From NCBI GenBank assembly GCA_045639245.1, contig JAZUCS010000011.1, forward strand, positions 4,380-68,379: 64,000 nt of DNA, read 5' to 3'. Under the pieces are notes generated by a model that saw nothing but the letters and a program-made list of their open reading frames with translations, did not search any database and was not told the DNA's origin. Position 1 is the first letter of the stretch. Each line of letters starts with the position of its first letter. This document shows, one piece after another, positions 36,404 to 45,851 of the stretch. A program made the position numbers and the translations under genes. Source of the DNA: Christensenellaceae bacterium (GTDB lineage Bacteria; Bacillota; Clostridia; Christensenellales; Borkfalkiaceae).

Positions 36404-38535
36404 AAGTATTAATAGGAAAAAATAGTGGGTTTTGTTTTGGGGTTAAAAGAGCAGTTGAGGAAGCTTTTAACTTAAAAGACGGTAGAAATTTTGTTCTTGG
36501 TGAAATAATTCACAACGTAAGCGTTGTCTCTAAGCTTGAAAAGCGTGGAATTGTTACCATTGATTCGATAGACGATGAAAGGCTAAAAGCGGGAGACACT
36601 CTTCTCGTTAGAACGCATGGAGAGGGGAAAGCCGTCTTTGACAGGGCAAAAGAATTAGGACTTAACGTTATTGATTGCACTTGTCCGTTTGTTAAAGATA
36701 TTCAGAATAAAGTTCTGGACCATTATAGGCGTGGATATAAAATAGTTGTTGTCGGCAATGAAAGTCACCCTGAAATTAAAGGGATAAACGGTTGGTGTGA
36801 TAATTCTGCTATAATCGTTGAAAGAGTGGAGGATTTACCCAATTTGTCAGGGGAAAAGGTGTGTGTAGTTGTTCAAACAACCTTTTCTGAGGAAAAATTT
36901 GATAATATTATAAAAAATTTTACTTCAATAGAGGTAAAATCAGTTGATATTTTCAAAACAATTTGCTATACTACAAGTAATCGTCAAAAAGAAGCTGATT
37001 ATATTTCAAAAAATTGCGAAGCGGTTATCGTGCTCGGTGGGGCGAATAGTAATAATACCGAGAATTTGTTTAAAATTTGCAAGGCTAATTGTTTAAACGT
37101 TTTCAGAATAACCGACCCTGCAGATTTTGATTATGATAAAATAAAAAAATTTATTAAGGTAGGAATTGTTCTTGGTGCTTCAACGCCTATGGAACAGTTT
37201 CAGGAGGTCATCTCGAACATGGAGAAAGTTACAGAAGAAATCATCGCAACCGAAGTTGTTACTTCACAGCAAACCGAAGCAGAAGTAAAAGAAACTGCTC
37301 CTGCTAAATCTGAATTTGAAGCGGCTGTTGATAAGATTAAGCCCAGCAGAGATTTTAAAGTTGGTCAAATTATAACTGCAAAAATCTCATCCGTTAAGGA
37401 AGACGGTCTTACCTTGTCTATCAAGGATGCTAAAAAAGATGATTTTGACTTAAAGTCTGACGAAATTCTTGGCGATTACGACTTAGCTAAGTATAACGTT
37501 GGCGACGATATCAGAGTTATGGTTGTTGGTAAAAACCCCGTTAGATTCTCTGAAAAGGCAATGGAAAAAGTATTAAAAGAAGAAGCTGAGATTGAAGAAA
37601 TCAAAAACGGCAAAATCTTTGAGGCTGAAATTACCGAAGTAAATAAGGGTGGTCTTATTGGTAAATATGGTAGCTATCAAGTATTTGTTCCTTCTTCACA
37701 GGTTAGAATTGGTTTTGTTAAGGACTTAGCTAAATACGTTGGCAAAACCTTAAGACTTAAGGCTGAAAAGGTTGAATCTAGAGGGGCTCGCCGTCAAATC
37801 GTTGGTTCTCAAAGAGTTATCCTTGAGGCTGAAAAAGCAGAAAGGGATGCTATTAGAGCAGAAAAGGAAGCTGAATTCTTTGACAATATTCAAGAGGGTG
37901 ACGTAGTATTAGGTACTCCTGTTAGATTTGCTGCATTTGGTGCTTTCATTGAGGTTAACGGTTTTGATTGCCTTGCGCACATTTCCGACCTTTCTTGGAC
38001 CGGTTGCAACAACTGTGCTGACGTTCTTGAGATTGGCAAGGAATATGAGTTCAAAATTCTTAAGATTGACTCAGAAAATAAGAAAGTTTCTGTTGGTTAT
38101 AAGCAGTTACAGCCCAAGCCTTGGGATGGTGTTGCTGAAAAATACAACGTTGGCGACGTTATTAAAGGTAAAGTAGTTAGAGTTGTAAGCTTCGGTGCGT
38201 TTGTTGAGGTTGAAAAAGGAATTGACGGATTAGTTCACGTTTCACAAATTTCTAACAAATGGCTTGAAAACCCTGTTTCTGCAGTAGAAGTTGGGCAAGA
38301 GGTGGAAGTTAAGATTATTGGTATTGACCTTGAAAAGGAAAAAATGAATCTTTCTATCAAAGCTTTGCTTCCTGTTGAAGAAGTTGCAGAACCTGCTGAA
38401 GATGATAAGAAGGCTAAAGGCAAAAAACGTGCTCCTAAGAGCGAAGAAACTTCTGAAGAAGAACTTCGTGAGTGGCATGATGAAGTTGACAGCAGTGTTT
38501 CTATTGCTGACATGATTAAAAGCGCAGATAAATAA
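36400..38535 (+). CDS. ispH: Bifunctional 4-hydroxy-3-methylbut-2-enyl diphosphate reductase / ribosomal protein S1-domain fusion
   Basis: 711 aa. The N-terminal ~280 aa are IspH/LytB-like (GFCFGVKRAV, CTCPFV, ICYTTSNRQ). After an acidic linker come four S1 repeats (G..V.G.V......GAF.E). This fusion is common in Clostridia. Confidence 0.9.
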   Translation: MKVLIGKNSGFCFGVKRAVEEAFNLKDGRNFVLGEIIHNVSVVSKLEKRGIVTIDSIDDERLKAGDTLLVRTHGEGKAVFDRAKELGLNVIDCTCPFVKDIQNKVLDHYRRGYKIVVVGNESHPEIKGINGWCDNSAIIVERVEDLPNLSGEKVCVVVQTTFSEEKFDNIIKNFTSIEVKSVDIFKTICYTTSNRQKEADYISKNCEAVIVLGGANSNNTENLFKICKANCLNVFRITDPADFDYDKIKKFIKVGIVLGASTPMEQFQEVISNMEKVTEEIIATEVVTSQQTEAEVKETAPAKSEFEAAVDKIKPSRDFKVGQIITAKISSVKEDGLTLSIKDAKKDDFDLKSDEILGDYDLAKYNVGDDIRVMVVGKNPVRFSEKAMEKVLKEEAEIEEIKNGKIFEAEITEVNKGGLIGKYGSYQVFVPSSQVRIGFVKDLAKYVGKTLRLKAEKVESRGARRQIVGSQRVILEAEKAERDAIRAEKEAEFFDNIQEGDVVLGTPVRFAAFGAFIEVNGFDCLAHISDLSWTGCNNCADVLEIGKEYEFKILKIDSENKKVSVGYKQLQPKPWDGVAEKYNVGDVIKGKVVRVVSFGAFVEVEKGIDGLVHVSQISNKWLENPVSAVEVGQEVEVKIIGIDLEKEKMNLSIKALLPVEEVAEPAEDDKKAKGKKRAPKSEETSEEELREWHDEVDSSVSIADMIKSADK

Positions 38536-38555
38536 TTAAATATTTATAAACATAA

Positions 38556-38589
38556 AACCTTATTCAAAATACTGAATAAGGTTTTTTTG
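38556..38589 (+). terminator. Rho-independent terminator after ispH-S1
   Basis: AACCTTATTCA (38556-38566) pairs with TGAATAAGGTT (38573-38583), followed by TTTTTGT. Confidence 0.75.
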
Positions 38590-38624
38590 TTCTATTTTTT
38601 ATTTGCTTTAATATAGTATTATCA

Positions 38625-39476
38625 ATGGAACTCAATTTTCTCCCTGCAAAGGTTTTGTATGCGCTTAAAAATTACAATATAAATTGCATATACGAAATTC
38701 GTTTAAGAGAAGGATATCCTATCAAGATAAATTATCTTGGGGATAAAAAACTATTGCTAGATGATGGTGGCAATGTGTTGGTCTGTAAAAAAGTTGATAT
38801 TGATTATATAATTGACAGCATTACTGAATGTTCGCTTTATGCTTTTAGTGAAAGGATTAAAGATGGTTATTTAACTGCAAAAAATGGCGTTAGAGTGGGA
38901 CTTGCGGGAGAATGCGTGTGTGAAGACGGTGTGGTTTTAACGATTAAAAATATTAAATCGTTAAATATAAGAATTCCTCACACTGTTTTTGGTGCTTCGG
39001 ATTGCATTTATGAAAAATTGTTTAAGGACAAGATGTATAACACCTTAATTGTGGCGCCTCCTTTTTCAGGGAAAACTACTATATTAAAGGACCTTGTAAG
39101 AAGAATAAATGCTGAGACAAGCCTTGACGTTTTGATAATTGATGAGAGGGGTGAGTTTTCTTGCGTTGTGGGGGAAAATATTGACGTAATTAGCTATGCT
39201 GAAAAACAAGCTTCCTTTCTTAGGGGTGTCAGAACACTTTCTCCAGACGTTGTAATAATGGACGAGCTGGGTGGTGTTTCAGATTTTTCTTGCGTAGAAT
39301 ACGCTTTAAGTTGTGGTGTAAAACTTATTGCTACCGTGCATGGAGACAACGTAAAAGATTTAGCCTTAAAACCATATTACAAGCAAGGGCTTTTTGATAG
39401 GTACGTTTTCTTGAATGGTGGCATTAAGAAGGGTGTGGTTAATAAAATTTTGGATGCAGAATTCAATGAGGTATAA
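38625..39476 (+). CDS. spoIIIAA: Stage III sporulation protein AA (ATPase)
   Basis: 283 aa. Walker A APPFSGKTT and Walker B VVIMDE. First gene of an eight-gene operon with spoIIIA order and sizes. Confidence 0.85.
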   Translation: MELNFLPAKVLYALKNYNINCIYEIRLREGYPIKINYLGDKKLLLDDGGNVLVCKKVDIDYIIDSITECSLYAFSERIKDGYLTAKNGVRVGLAGECVCEDGVVLTIKNIKSLNIRIPHTVFGASDCIYEKLFKDKMYNTLIVAPPFSGKTTILKDLVRRINAETSLDVLIIDERGEFSCVVGENIDVISYAEKQASFLRGVRTLSPDVVIMDELGGVSDFSCVEYALSCGVKLIATVHGDNVKDLALKPYYKQGLFDRYVFLNGGIKKGVVNKILDAEFNEV

Positions 39477-39939
39477 TATTATAATCGGTATTGTTTTGCT
39501 TGTGTTATCCCTTTTAATTGGGTGGGAATTTGCAAAAAAATACACAAAAAGGCGAATATTTTTTAATGATTTTAACTCTTTTAATCAGATTATATCTGCA
39601 GAAATTTCCTTTTCTAAGTCAACAATTCCAGAAGTGATAAGGACAAACTCTTATCAAGGGAGCGATTTTTATTTTGGGTTAAGGAACAGATATATTGATA
39701 AATTAGAAGAGCTTAAAGATATTCCATTTTTGACAGAAAGAGAAAATAATTTTTACAAGGAATACGTTCTCAATATAGGAAAGGGTGGTTCAAAGACTTG
39801 TGGGGAGTACGTTAATGGAATAAAGCAAAAAATTGCTGAAAATTTAAGTATTGCGACAAAAGAGGAAGAGAAAAACAAGCCCCTTTGTATTAAAATTGCC
39901 TTTTTAATAGGTCTTGTTGCGTTAATTTCGCTCCTGTAG
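39466..39939 (+). CDS. spoIIIAB: Stage III sporulation protein AB
   Basis: 157 aa from the ATG at 39466 (MRYNIIIGIVLLV). Has an N-terminal TM helix. Position and size fit SpoIIIAB. Confidence 0.75.
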   Translation: MRYNIIIGIVLLVLSLLIGWEFAKKYTKRRIFFNDFNSFNQIISAEISFSKSTIPEVIRTNSYQGSDFYFGLRNRYIDKLEELKDIPFLTERENNFYKEYVLNIGKGGSKTCGEYVNGIKQKIAENLSIATKEEEKNKPLCIKIAFLIGLVALISLL

Positions 39940-39946
39940 GGTAGTT

Positions 39947-40144
39947 ATGAATATTGATATAATTTTTAAAATAGCTGCAATTGGCGTGCTTATTGCTGTA
40001 ATATGTCAAATATTAAAGAAGAATGATAGGGATGATATAGCAACTATGGTTTCGCTTGTAGGGCTTATTATCGTTTTATCATTTGTTGTTAATATGATTG
40101 GCGACCTTTTTCAAAACGTAAAGGATATTTTTAATCTGTATTGA
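39947..40144 (+). CDS. spoIIIAC: Stage III sporulation protein AC
   Basis: 65 aa two-helix membrane protein in the expected operon position. Confidence 0.8.
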   Translation: MNIDIIFKIAAIGVLIAVICQILKKNDRDDIATMVSLVGLIIVLSFVVNMIGDLFQNVKDIFNLY

Positions 40145-40145
40145 T

Positions 40146-40526
40146 ATGGTAAAATTAGTCTTTCTTGCCATTATTTTCTCGGTGATTTTATTTGCCTTGA
40201 AAAACGTTAACAGTGATTTGTTTGTTCCTGCGTTAGTCGCTTGTGGGGTAATTTTTGCTTTTTATCTTCTATCCTACGTTAAGGAAGCTTTTTCGTTTAT
40301 AAATCAAGTTATAGAAATGACAGGGGTTGATTCAGAACTTTATAAAATAATATTTAAGATTGTTGGTATTTCATATCTCATAGAGTTTGGGGCGGGTACT
40401 GTAGAAGACGTTGGTTATAAAAGTATTGCAGACAAGCTTACTTTAATTGGAAAGCTAGCAATTTTTATATCATCACTTCCTGTGTTTTACGCTGTTATTA
40501 ATTTACTTGTTGGGCTCGCTAAATGA
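40146..40526 (+). CDS. spoIIIAD: Stage III sporulation protein AD
   Basis: 126 aa membrane protein. The YLIEFGAG segment and its operon position fit SpoIIIAD. Confidence 0.8.
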   Translation: MVKLVFLAIIFSVILFALKNVNSDLFVPALVACGVIFAFYLLSYVKEAFSFINQVIEMTGVDSELYKIIFKIVGISYLIEFGAGTVEDVGYKSIADKLTLIGKLAIFISSLPVFYAVINLLVGLAK

Positions 40527-41677
40527 AAAAAGTAATGATTTTAAGTTTAATTTTCCTTTTAGTTTTTGGGGTAGTGGTGGACGTTCCACGAGAAGTCTGT
40601 GCCGATACTATTGAGGAAACTATTGAAAAAGAACTGCAAGGACTTGACCTAACTATTTTAGAGAATTTTTATAATTCTATAGATGGTGGGGAGAGGGTTG
40701 AATTTTATACCTTAATTAACGGATTTATTAACGGTTCATATTCAATAAATTATGATAATGTTTTGACGCTAGTAAAAGATTCCCTCATATTAAATTTTAA
40801 AAACGTTTTAATTAGCTTGTTATCTATAGTTATCATTGTGATTATATTTAGTTTGTGTGAACAAATGAGGGGCAGGATAATGAGCGAAGGAGTTAAAAAT
40901 TTAATAAGAATCACGTGTGTTTTATCGATTGTTTTAATATTTTCAAAAGAAATCATATCGCTTTTTAAGAGTGTTAAAATCGTTATAGAAAATATATCGA
41001 AACTAAACGAGATTATGTCACCCATAATGCTTGGTTTAATAGTATCGTCAGGTGGAAATGTTACTGCATCAATTTATTCTCCCACAGTTGTTTTCTTGTC
41101 AAATGGTTTTATAAGTATAGTGCTTTATTTGTTGTTGCCGTTAATTTCAATAATAATGGTTTTTGGGGTAATGTCGTCCTTTTCAGAAAAAATAAAGCTT
41201 GGTAAATTTTCCGATTTCTTCACTTCGGTATTTAAGTGGGTGTTGGGAATTTCCGTTACCATTTCCGGACTTTTTATTACTGTCCACGGACTTAATGCAT
41301 CAGTTATTGACGGTGTTTCGATTAAAGCGGCAAAATATGCTATATCAAATTCTGTGCCGTTAATTGGTGGGTTTTTAAAAGATGGGTTTGATATTGTCAC
41401 TTCAGGTACGATTATTATAAAAAATGTGATAGGTGTAACGGGAATTATCGCATTGTTTTATCTTTTGTTAGCGCCTGTTGTTCACTTGATTGCTTATTCT
41501 CTTGCGTTTAAGCTTGTTTCTGCCGTGACTGAACCTTTTTCCGACGGTAAAATTTCATCGCTTTGTACTGTTTCGGCAAAATCTATCACCTACTTGATTA
41601 TTTGTGTTTTAGTCGTTGCTCTAATGTTTTTTGTTAACTTGATTATTTTAATGATTTCTTCAAGTGCGTTTATATAA
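40523..41677 (+). CDS. spoIIIAE: Stage III sporulation protein AE
   Basis: 384 aa polytopic membrane protein with a signal peptide. Size and position fit SpoIIIAE. Confidence 0.8.
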   Translation: MKKVMILSLIFLLVFGVVVDVPREVCADTIEETIEKELQGLDLTILENFYNSIDGGERVEFYTLINGFINGSYSINYDNVLTLVKDSLILNFKNVLISLLSIVIIVIIFSLCEQMRGRIMSEGVKNLIRITCVLSIVLIFSKEIISLFKSVKIVIENISKLNEIMSPIMLGLIVSSGGNVTASIYSPTVVFLSNGFISIVLYLLLPLISIIMVFGVMSSFSEKIKLGKFSDFFTSVFKWVLGISVTISGLFITVHGLNASVIDGVSIKAAKYAISNSVPLIGGFLKDGFDIVTSGTIIIKNVIGVTGIIALFYLLLAPVVHLIAYSLAFKLVSAVTEPFSDGKISSLCTVSAKSITYLIICVLVVALMFFVNLIILMISSSAFI

Positions 41678-41685
41678 GAGGTGTT

Positions 41686-42171
41686 ATGTGGGAATGGATT
41701 GTGAGCGTTGGGGCAGTGGTTATCGCCTCTACTTTAATAACTTTAATTGTACCGGATAATAGATTAACGGGCATAATAAGTGTTGTTCTTGCAGTAACGG
41801 TGATTTCAGTTATTGTTAAGCCTCTAAAAAGTTTTGATTTTAATACAGATTTTTCTTTTAATTATAATGAGAATGGGGTTGAAATTGATTATTCTTATGC
41901 TGAACACGTAAATTTTTTAAGATGCGAAAATCTTAAAAAAAATTGCATAGATGCTCTTAATAAAAAAGGTTATGACTGTTTAAGGGTTGATATTTCTTAT
42001 GATGAAAGGGATTTTCGTCAATTAATTATAAAAAACGTCAAACTGTTTTTTAGCAAAGAAGTTATCAATTCAAGCTTTGAGCATATAGATAATATTGACG
42101 AGGTTAGAAAGCTTGTCTCAAGTCTTATTGGAGTGGACGAAGGAGTGATAGATGTCATCATCGAAAGCTGA
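41686..42171 (+). CDS. spoIIIAF: Stage III sporulation protein AF
   Basis: 161 aa with two N-terminal TM helices and a soluble domain, in the expected operon position. Confidence 0.72.
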   Translation: MWEWIVSVGAVVIASTLITLIVPDNRLTGIISVVLAVTVISVIVKPLKSFDFNTDFSFNYNENGVEIDYSYAEHVNFLRCENLKKNCIDALNKKGYDCLRVDISYDERDFRQLIIKNVKLFFSKEVINSSFEHIDNIDEVRKLVSSLIGVDEGVIDVIIES

Positions 42172-42649
42172 GAAATTTAATATAAATTCCATTATTGAAA
42201 AAGTTAAAAAAAGCAAGATATTAAAATATGTTTTAATAGCTGTTTTGCTTATTTTATTAGTTTTGATGCTTAGCTTTAATTTAGCTGAAAAAGAGACGGT
42301 GGTAACTGAGGATTACGTTACTTCGTTAGAGAGGAGATTGGAGAATGCTCTCGCGAAAGTTGAGGGCGCAGGCAAGGTTAGTGTTGTGATAACGGTTGAC
42401 TCAGGAATGGAAACGGTGCTTGCAATGAAGACGGTCAAAACGGAAACGGCAAGTGGAGTTGAGATTGAAGAAACGCCTATTTTAGTCAATGGTAAAACGG
42501 TGACTTTGATGGAGAAATATCCAAAGGTCACAGGGGTGTTGATTGTGCTTGAGGGTACGAACTTTGCTGTTATATCAAGGATTCAAGAAGCGACTACTTC
42601 GCTTTTGGATATAAACCTTAGTCAAATAGAAATTTTGACAATGAAATAA
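42152..42649 (+). CDS. spoIIIAG: Stage III sporulation protein AG
   Basis: 165 aa. One TM helix followed by GAGKVSVVITVDSG ... YPKVTGVLIVLEG, typical of the SpoIIIAG ring-building motif. Confidence 0.78.
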   Translation: MSSSKAEKFNINSIIEKVKKSKILKYVLIAVLLILLVLMLSFNLAEKETVVTEDYVTSLERRLENALAKVEGAGKVSVVITVDSGMETVLAMKTVKTETASGVEIEETPILVNGKTVTLMEKYPKVTGVLIVLEGTNFAVISRIQEATTSLLDINLSQIEILTMK

Positions 42650-42662
42650 AAGGAGAGAATTT

Positions 42663-43139
42663 ATGACAAAAAAAAGAAAAATTATCGTTTTATCCTGCAT
42701 GATTGCATTGCTTGCCGTTACTGCAATATTCAATTTTGTGCTAACGACAGAAAGTATTGATTCAACTGAAGCATCTGCAAGTAGCGCAAGTTATTTTTCG
42801 CAATATCGCCTAGAGCGTATTACGACCAGAAATGAAGAGCTTTTACAAATTGACGATGTTATTGCTAACGCGTCAACTGATAGCGGCGAATACGCTAAAG
42901 CACTTTCATTAAAAACGGATATAGCAGTAAATACTGAAAGAGAACTACTATTAGAAAGCCTAATTAAAGCGTATGGTTTTGAAGACGTAGTTGTCGTTAT
43001 AGGTTTAGAATCGGACAGTGTAAATGTTATAGCAAAGTCGCAAGAACTTACTACAGATGATGCTGTGTTAATTTACACCGTTATCTCTGAAGAGATAAGT
43101 GTTTCACCTGAAAACGTAAAAATTATACCTATTTCTTAA
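42663..43139 (+). CDS. spoIIIAH: Stage III sporulation protein AH
   Basis: 158 aa. One TM helix, then YFSQYRLERITTRNEEL, typical of the SpoIIIAH/YscJ-like fold. Confidence 0.78.
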   Translation: MTKKRKIIVLSCMIALLAVTAIFNFVLTTESIDSTEASASSASYFSQYRLERITTRNEELLQIDDVIANASTDSGEYAKALSLKTDIAVNTERELLLESLIKAYGFEDVVVVIGLESDSVNVIAKSQELTTDDAVLIYTVISEEISVSPENVKIIPIS

Positions 43140-43203
43140 AAAATGCTATGCAAAATAAATATTTTGTGGTACAATATATAAAAATATTGATCAGAGGATA
43201 TTT

Positions 43204-43662
43204 ATGAAACGTTTTAAGAGTTACCCTGTAAAAAAACATGAAGATAAAATCGTATATGGTGACGGTATTGTAGACGGTATTGTTTTGCTTGCAATTTCTG
43301 AAGTTCCGTTCGTTGAGCTTTGTGCCGACGTGTCCTATGTGAAAAATACAAGTAAGGCAATTAAGGTTGCTTTCTCAAACGAAGGTGTAAACGTAGAGGT
43401 TAAAGTTAAAATACACTATTCTCAAAGCGTAACGGATATGGCGTTTAAGATTCAGGAGGCAATAAGGCACAATATTGAGGCGATGACTGATTATCGCGTT
43501 CAATGTGTTAACGTTATTGTAAACGACGTATTGTTTGGGGAAACTATTGAAAAGGTTGCACCAACTGAAGCCCAAGAAACGGAAGAAGGTAAGGAAACTT
43601 CGGAAGAGGTTAAACCAGTGCAGGATAAAACAGCAGAAGAACAGGCTGACAAAACGGAGTAA
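43204..43662 (+). CDS. Asp23/Gls24-family envelope stress protein
   Basis: 152 aa. The IVYGDGIVDGIVLLAISEV start is typical of Asp23, and the C-terminal tail is acidic. A candidate extended -10 (TGgTACAAT, 43167-43175) lies upstream. Confidence 0.82.
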   Translation: MKRFKSYPVKKHEDKIVYGDGIVDGIVLLAISEVPFVELCADVSYVKNTSKAIKVAFSNEGVNVEVKVKIHYSQSVTDMAFKIQEAIRHNIEAMTDYRVQCVNVIVNDVLFGETIEKVAPTEAQETEEGKETSEEVKPVQDKTAEEQADKTE

Positions 43663-43669
43663 TTTACGA

Positions 43670-44065
43670 ATGAGAAGACAAGCGAGAGAGGCAGTTTTTA
43701 AGTATATATATTCAAAGCTCTTCAATTCAAACGATGAAGGGCTTTTTGATGTTTTAGTTAAGGAACTTAGCGATGACGACAAGAGTTTTGCTAAGGCTTT
43801 GTTAACCGCAGTGGAGAAAGATCAAGAAAAAAACCTTGAGGTTATATCAAACCTCGCATACGGTTATAAACTTGAAAGACTAATTAACGTTGATAAATGC
43901 GTGCTTTTGATTGGGCTTGCAGAACTTGATAATTTTCCCGAGACAGACGTGCCTGTTGTTGTAGACGAGGCAGTTGGGATTTCTGCAAAATTTTCAACGG
44001 AGAGAAGCACTGATTTTGTAAACGGAATACTATCAGAGTATGTTAGGAGTAGAGAAAATGGCTAA
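43670..44065 (+). CDS. nusB: Transcription antitermination factor NusB
   Basis: 131 aa from the ATG at 43670 (MRRQAREAVFKYIY). The listed upstream extension is an alternative-frame reading of the Asp23 tail. Confidence 0.88.
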   Translation: MRRQAREAVFKYIYSKLFNSNDEGLFDVLVKELSDDDKSFAKALLTAVEKDQEKNLEVISNLAYGYKLERLINVDKCVLLIGLAELDNFPETDVPVVVDEAVGISAKFSTERSTDFVNGILSEYVRSRENG

Positions 44066-44915
44066 AATTATTGACGGTAAATTGATTTCTCAAAGGCTAA
44101 AAGATGGCGTTAAAGAGAGTGTTGCTGATTTTTATTCAAATTATAACCGTGAGGTATGTCTTGCGGTTATTTTAGTGGGTGAAAATCCGGCATCTCAAGT
44201 TTATGTTAAGAACAAGATAAAGGCGTGTGAATATACGGGAATAAAGTCTCTTTCGTATAAGCTTGACGAAACAACTTCAGAAGAAGAGGTGATTAACCTT
44301 GTTAAAAAATTAGGTTTAGATGCTTCAGTTGACGGAATTTTAGTTCAGCTTCCATTACCTAAACACATTAACGAGGATAGAGTGTTGTCAGAAATTCCAC
44401 CGATAAAAGACGTTGACGGCTTTACTTCAATTAACATTGGAAATCTATTGCTTGGAAAACCTTGTACCGTTTCTTGTACGCCACAAGGTATTATCACTAT
44501 GTTAAAGAGTGAAAATATTGAACTTGCAGGCAAAAGAGCCGTTGTTATAGGTAGAAGTAATATTGTTGGCAAACCCGTTTCACTTTTGTTGCTTAAGGAA
44601 AATTGCACGGTAACCGTTTGTCATAGTAGAACGGAAAACATTGCCGAAGTTTGCCGTGAGGCAGATATTGTTGTTGCCGCCCTAGGGAAGCCTTATTTTG
44701 TTACCGAAGATATGGTTAAAGATGGGGCTGTCGTTATAGACGTTGGTATTAATAGAACGGAAGACGGCTTAAAGGGTGATGTTGATTTTGATGCAGTAAG
44801 CAAAAAGGCTTCATATATTACGCCGGTGCCCGGTGGCGTTGGACCAATGACTATTGCAACGCTTATGGAAAACACCTATAAATGTGCGCTAAGGAGACAG
44901 AAGGGTGAACTTTAG
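44058..44915 (+). CDS. folD: Bifunctional methylenetetrahydrofolate dehydrogenase/cyclohydrolase
   Basis: 285 aa from the ATG at 44058 (AGGAGTAGAGAAA upstream). Contains ILVGENPASQVYV, GILVQLPLP, VIGRSNIVGKP and PVPGGVGPMT. Confidence 0.92.
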   Translation: MAKIIDGKLISQRLKDGVKESVADFYSNYNREVCLAVILVGENPASQVYVKNKIKACEYTGIKSLSYKLDETTSEEEVINLVKKLGLDASVDGILVQLPLPKHINEDRVLSEIPPIKDVDGFTSINIGNLLLGKPCTVSCTPQGIITMLKSENIELAGKRAVVIGRSNIVGKPVSLLLLKENCTVTVCHSRTENIAEVCREADIVVAALGKPYFVTEDMVKDGAVVIDVGINRTEDGLKGDVDFDAVSKKASYITPVPGGVGPMTIATLMENTYKCALRRQKGEL

Positions 44916-45777
44916 TAAAAAGTATAGCCAGTACAAAGACTATTTTGAAAAAAAATTAAACGAATTTTTAGACTCCTATCTAAGTGAAGATTGCGACTTG
45001 TATTCTGCGATTAAGTATGCCATTGTTGACGGAGGCAAGAGGGTTAGGCCCGTGTTATTATTTGCAACTGCTGAAATGCTAGGCGTGGATATTGATAAAG
45101 TTAAAAATCTTGCTTTAAGCATTGAAATGATTCACTCCTACTCTTTAGTCCATGATGACCTTCCTTGTATGGATAACGACGATTATAGGAGGGGTAAATT
45201 TTCAACGCATAAAAAGTTTGGTGAAAATATAGGCGTTTTAGCAGGGGACGGTTTGCTTAACCTTGCTTTTGAAGTTGCTCTATTAAAAGATGATTTTTGC
45301 AGTGAAGATAAGGATGCGTTAAGGTTGCTTTCCGAATATGCTGGTGCAAAAGGAATGATTAAGGGGCAAGCAAAAGACCTGTTGTGCGAAAAAAACGGTC
45401 TTGCGGGAAGAGAGGAGCTCTTTTATATTTATCAAAATAAAACTGCAAAGCTTATTGCTGCCCCCATTTTAATGGCTTCAATTATTTCCGGAGGCAAGCA
45501 TTATAACGAGTTAAAAGAATTTGCTTTCAATCTCGGTTATTTGTTTCAAATCATAGACGATATTATGGACTGTGAAAGCAGTTTTGAAACTATGGGTAAG
45601 TCCCCAAATAAGGATAAAGATTCTGATAAACTTACTTCTATTAAGATTTTTGGGCTTGACGGCGCTAAATTACTTGCTGATAAATATTACGTGGAGTCTA
45701 TAGATATTTTAAATAGAATCGAGGGGAGCGAATTTTTGAAAGAATTCACTGATTATATGCTAAAAAGACGCTCTTAA
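44905..45777 (+). CDS. ispA: Polyprenyl (farnesyl/geranylgeranyl) diphosphate synthase
   Basis: 290 aa, GTG start. First DDxxD region LVHDDLPCMDNDDYRRG and second IIDDIMD. Confidence 0.85.
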   Translation: MNFSKKYSQYKDYFEKKLNEFLDSYLSEDCDLYSAIKYAIVDGGKRVRPVLLFATAEMLGVDIDKVKNLALSIEMIHSYSLVHDDLPCMDNDDYRRGKFSTHKKFGENIGVLAGDGLLNLAFEVALLKDDFCSEDKDALRLLSEYAGAKGMIKGQAKDLLCEKNGLAGREELFYIYQNKTAKLIAAPILMASIISGGKHYNELKEFAFNLGYLFQIIDDIMDCESSFETMGKSPNKDKDSDKLTSIKIFGLDGAKLLADKYYVESIDILNRIEGSEFLKEFTDYMLKRRS

Positions 45778-45805
45778 ATATTTATTCATTATGTTTGAAT
45801 AAGTA

Positions 45806-45834
45806 TTGATATTATTCGTATTCTATGCTATTAT
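45806..45834 (+). promoter_or_regulatory. Candidate sigma-A promoter for nadK-argR-recN (TTGATA-17-TATTAT)
   Basis: TTGATA at 45806-45811, a 17-nt spacer, then TATTAT at 45829-45834. Lies 18 nt upstream of the nadK ATG region. Confidence 0.4.
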
Positions 45835-45851
45835 GGTTGTGGTGAGGGACT

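Noticed and set aside
43375-43782. 135-aa minus-strand ORF, and the highly basic N-terminal extension of the listed 43535..44065 ORF
   Set aside because: Both are alternative-frame or antisense readings of the acidic GAA/GAG-rich tail of the Asp23 gene. NusB has a proper start at 43670.
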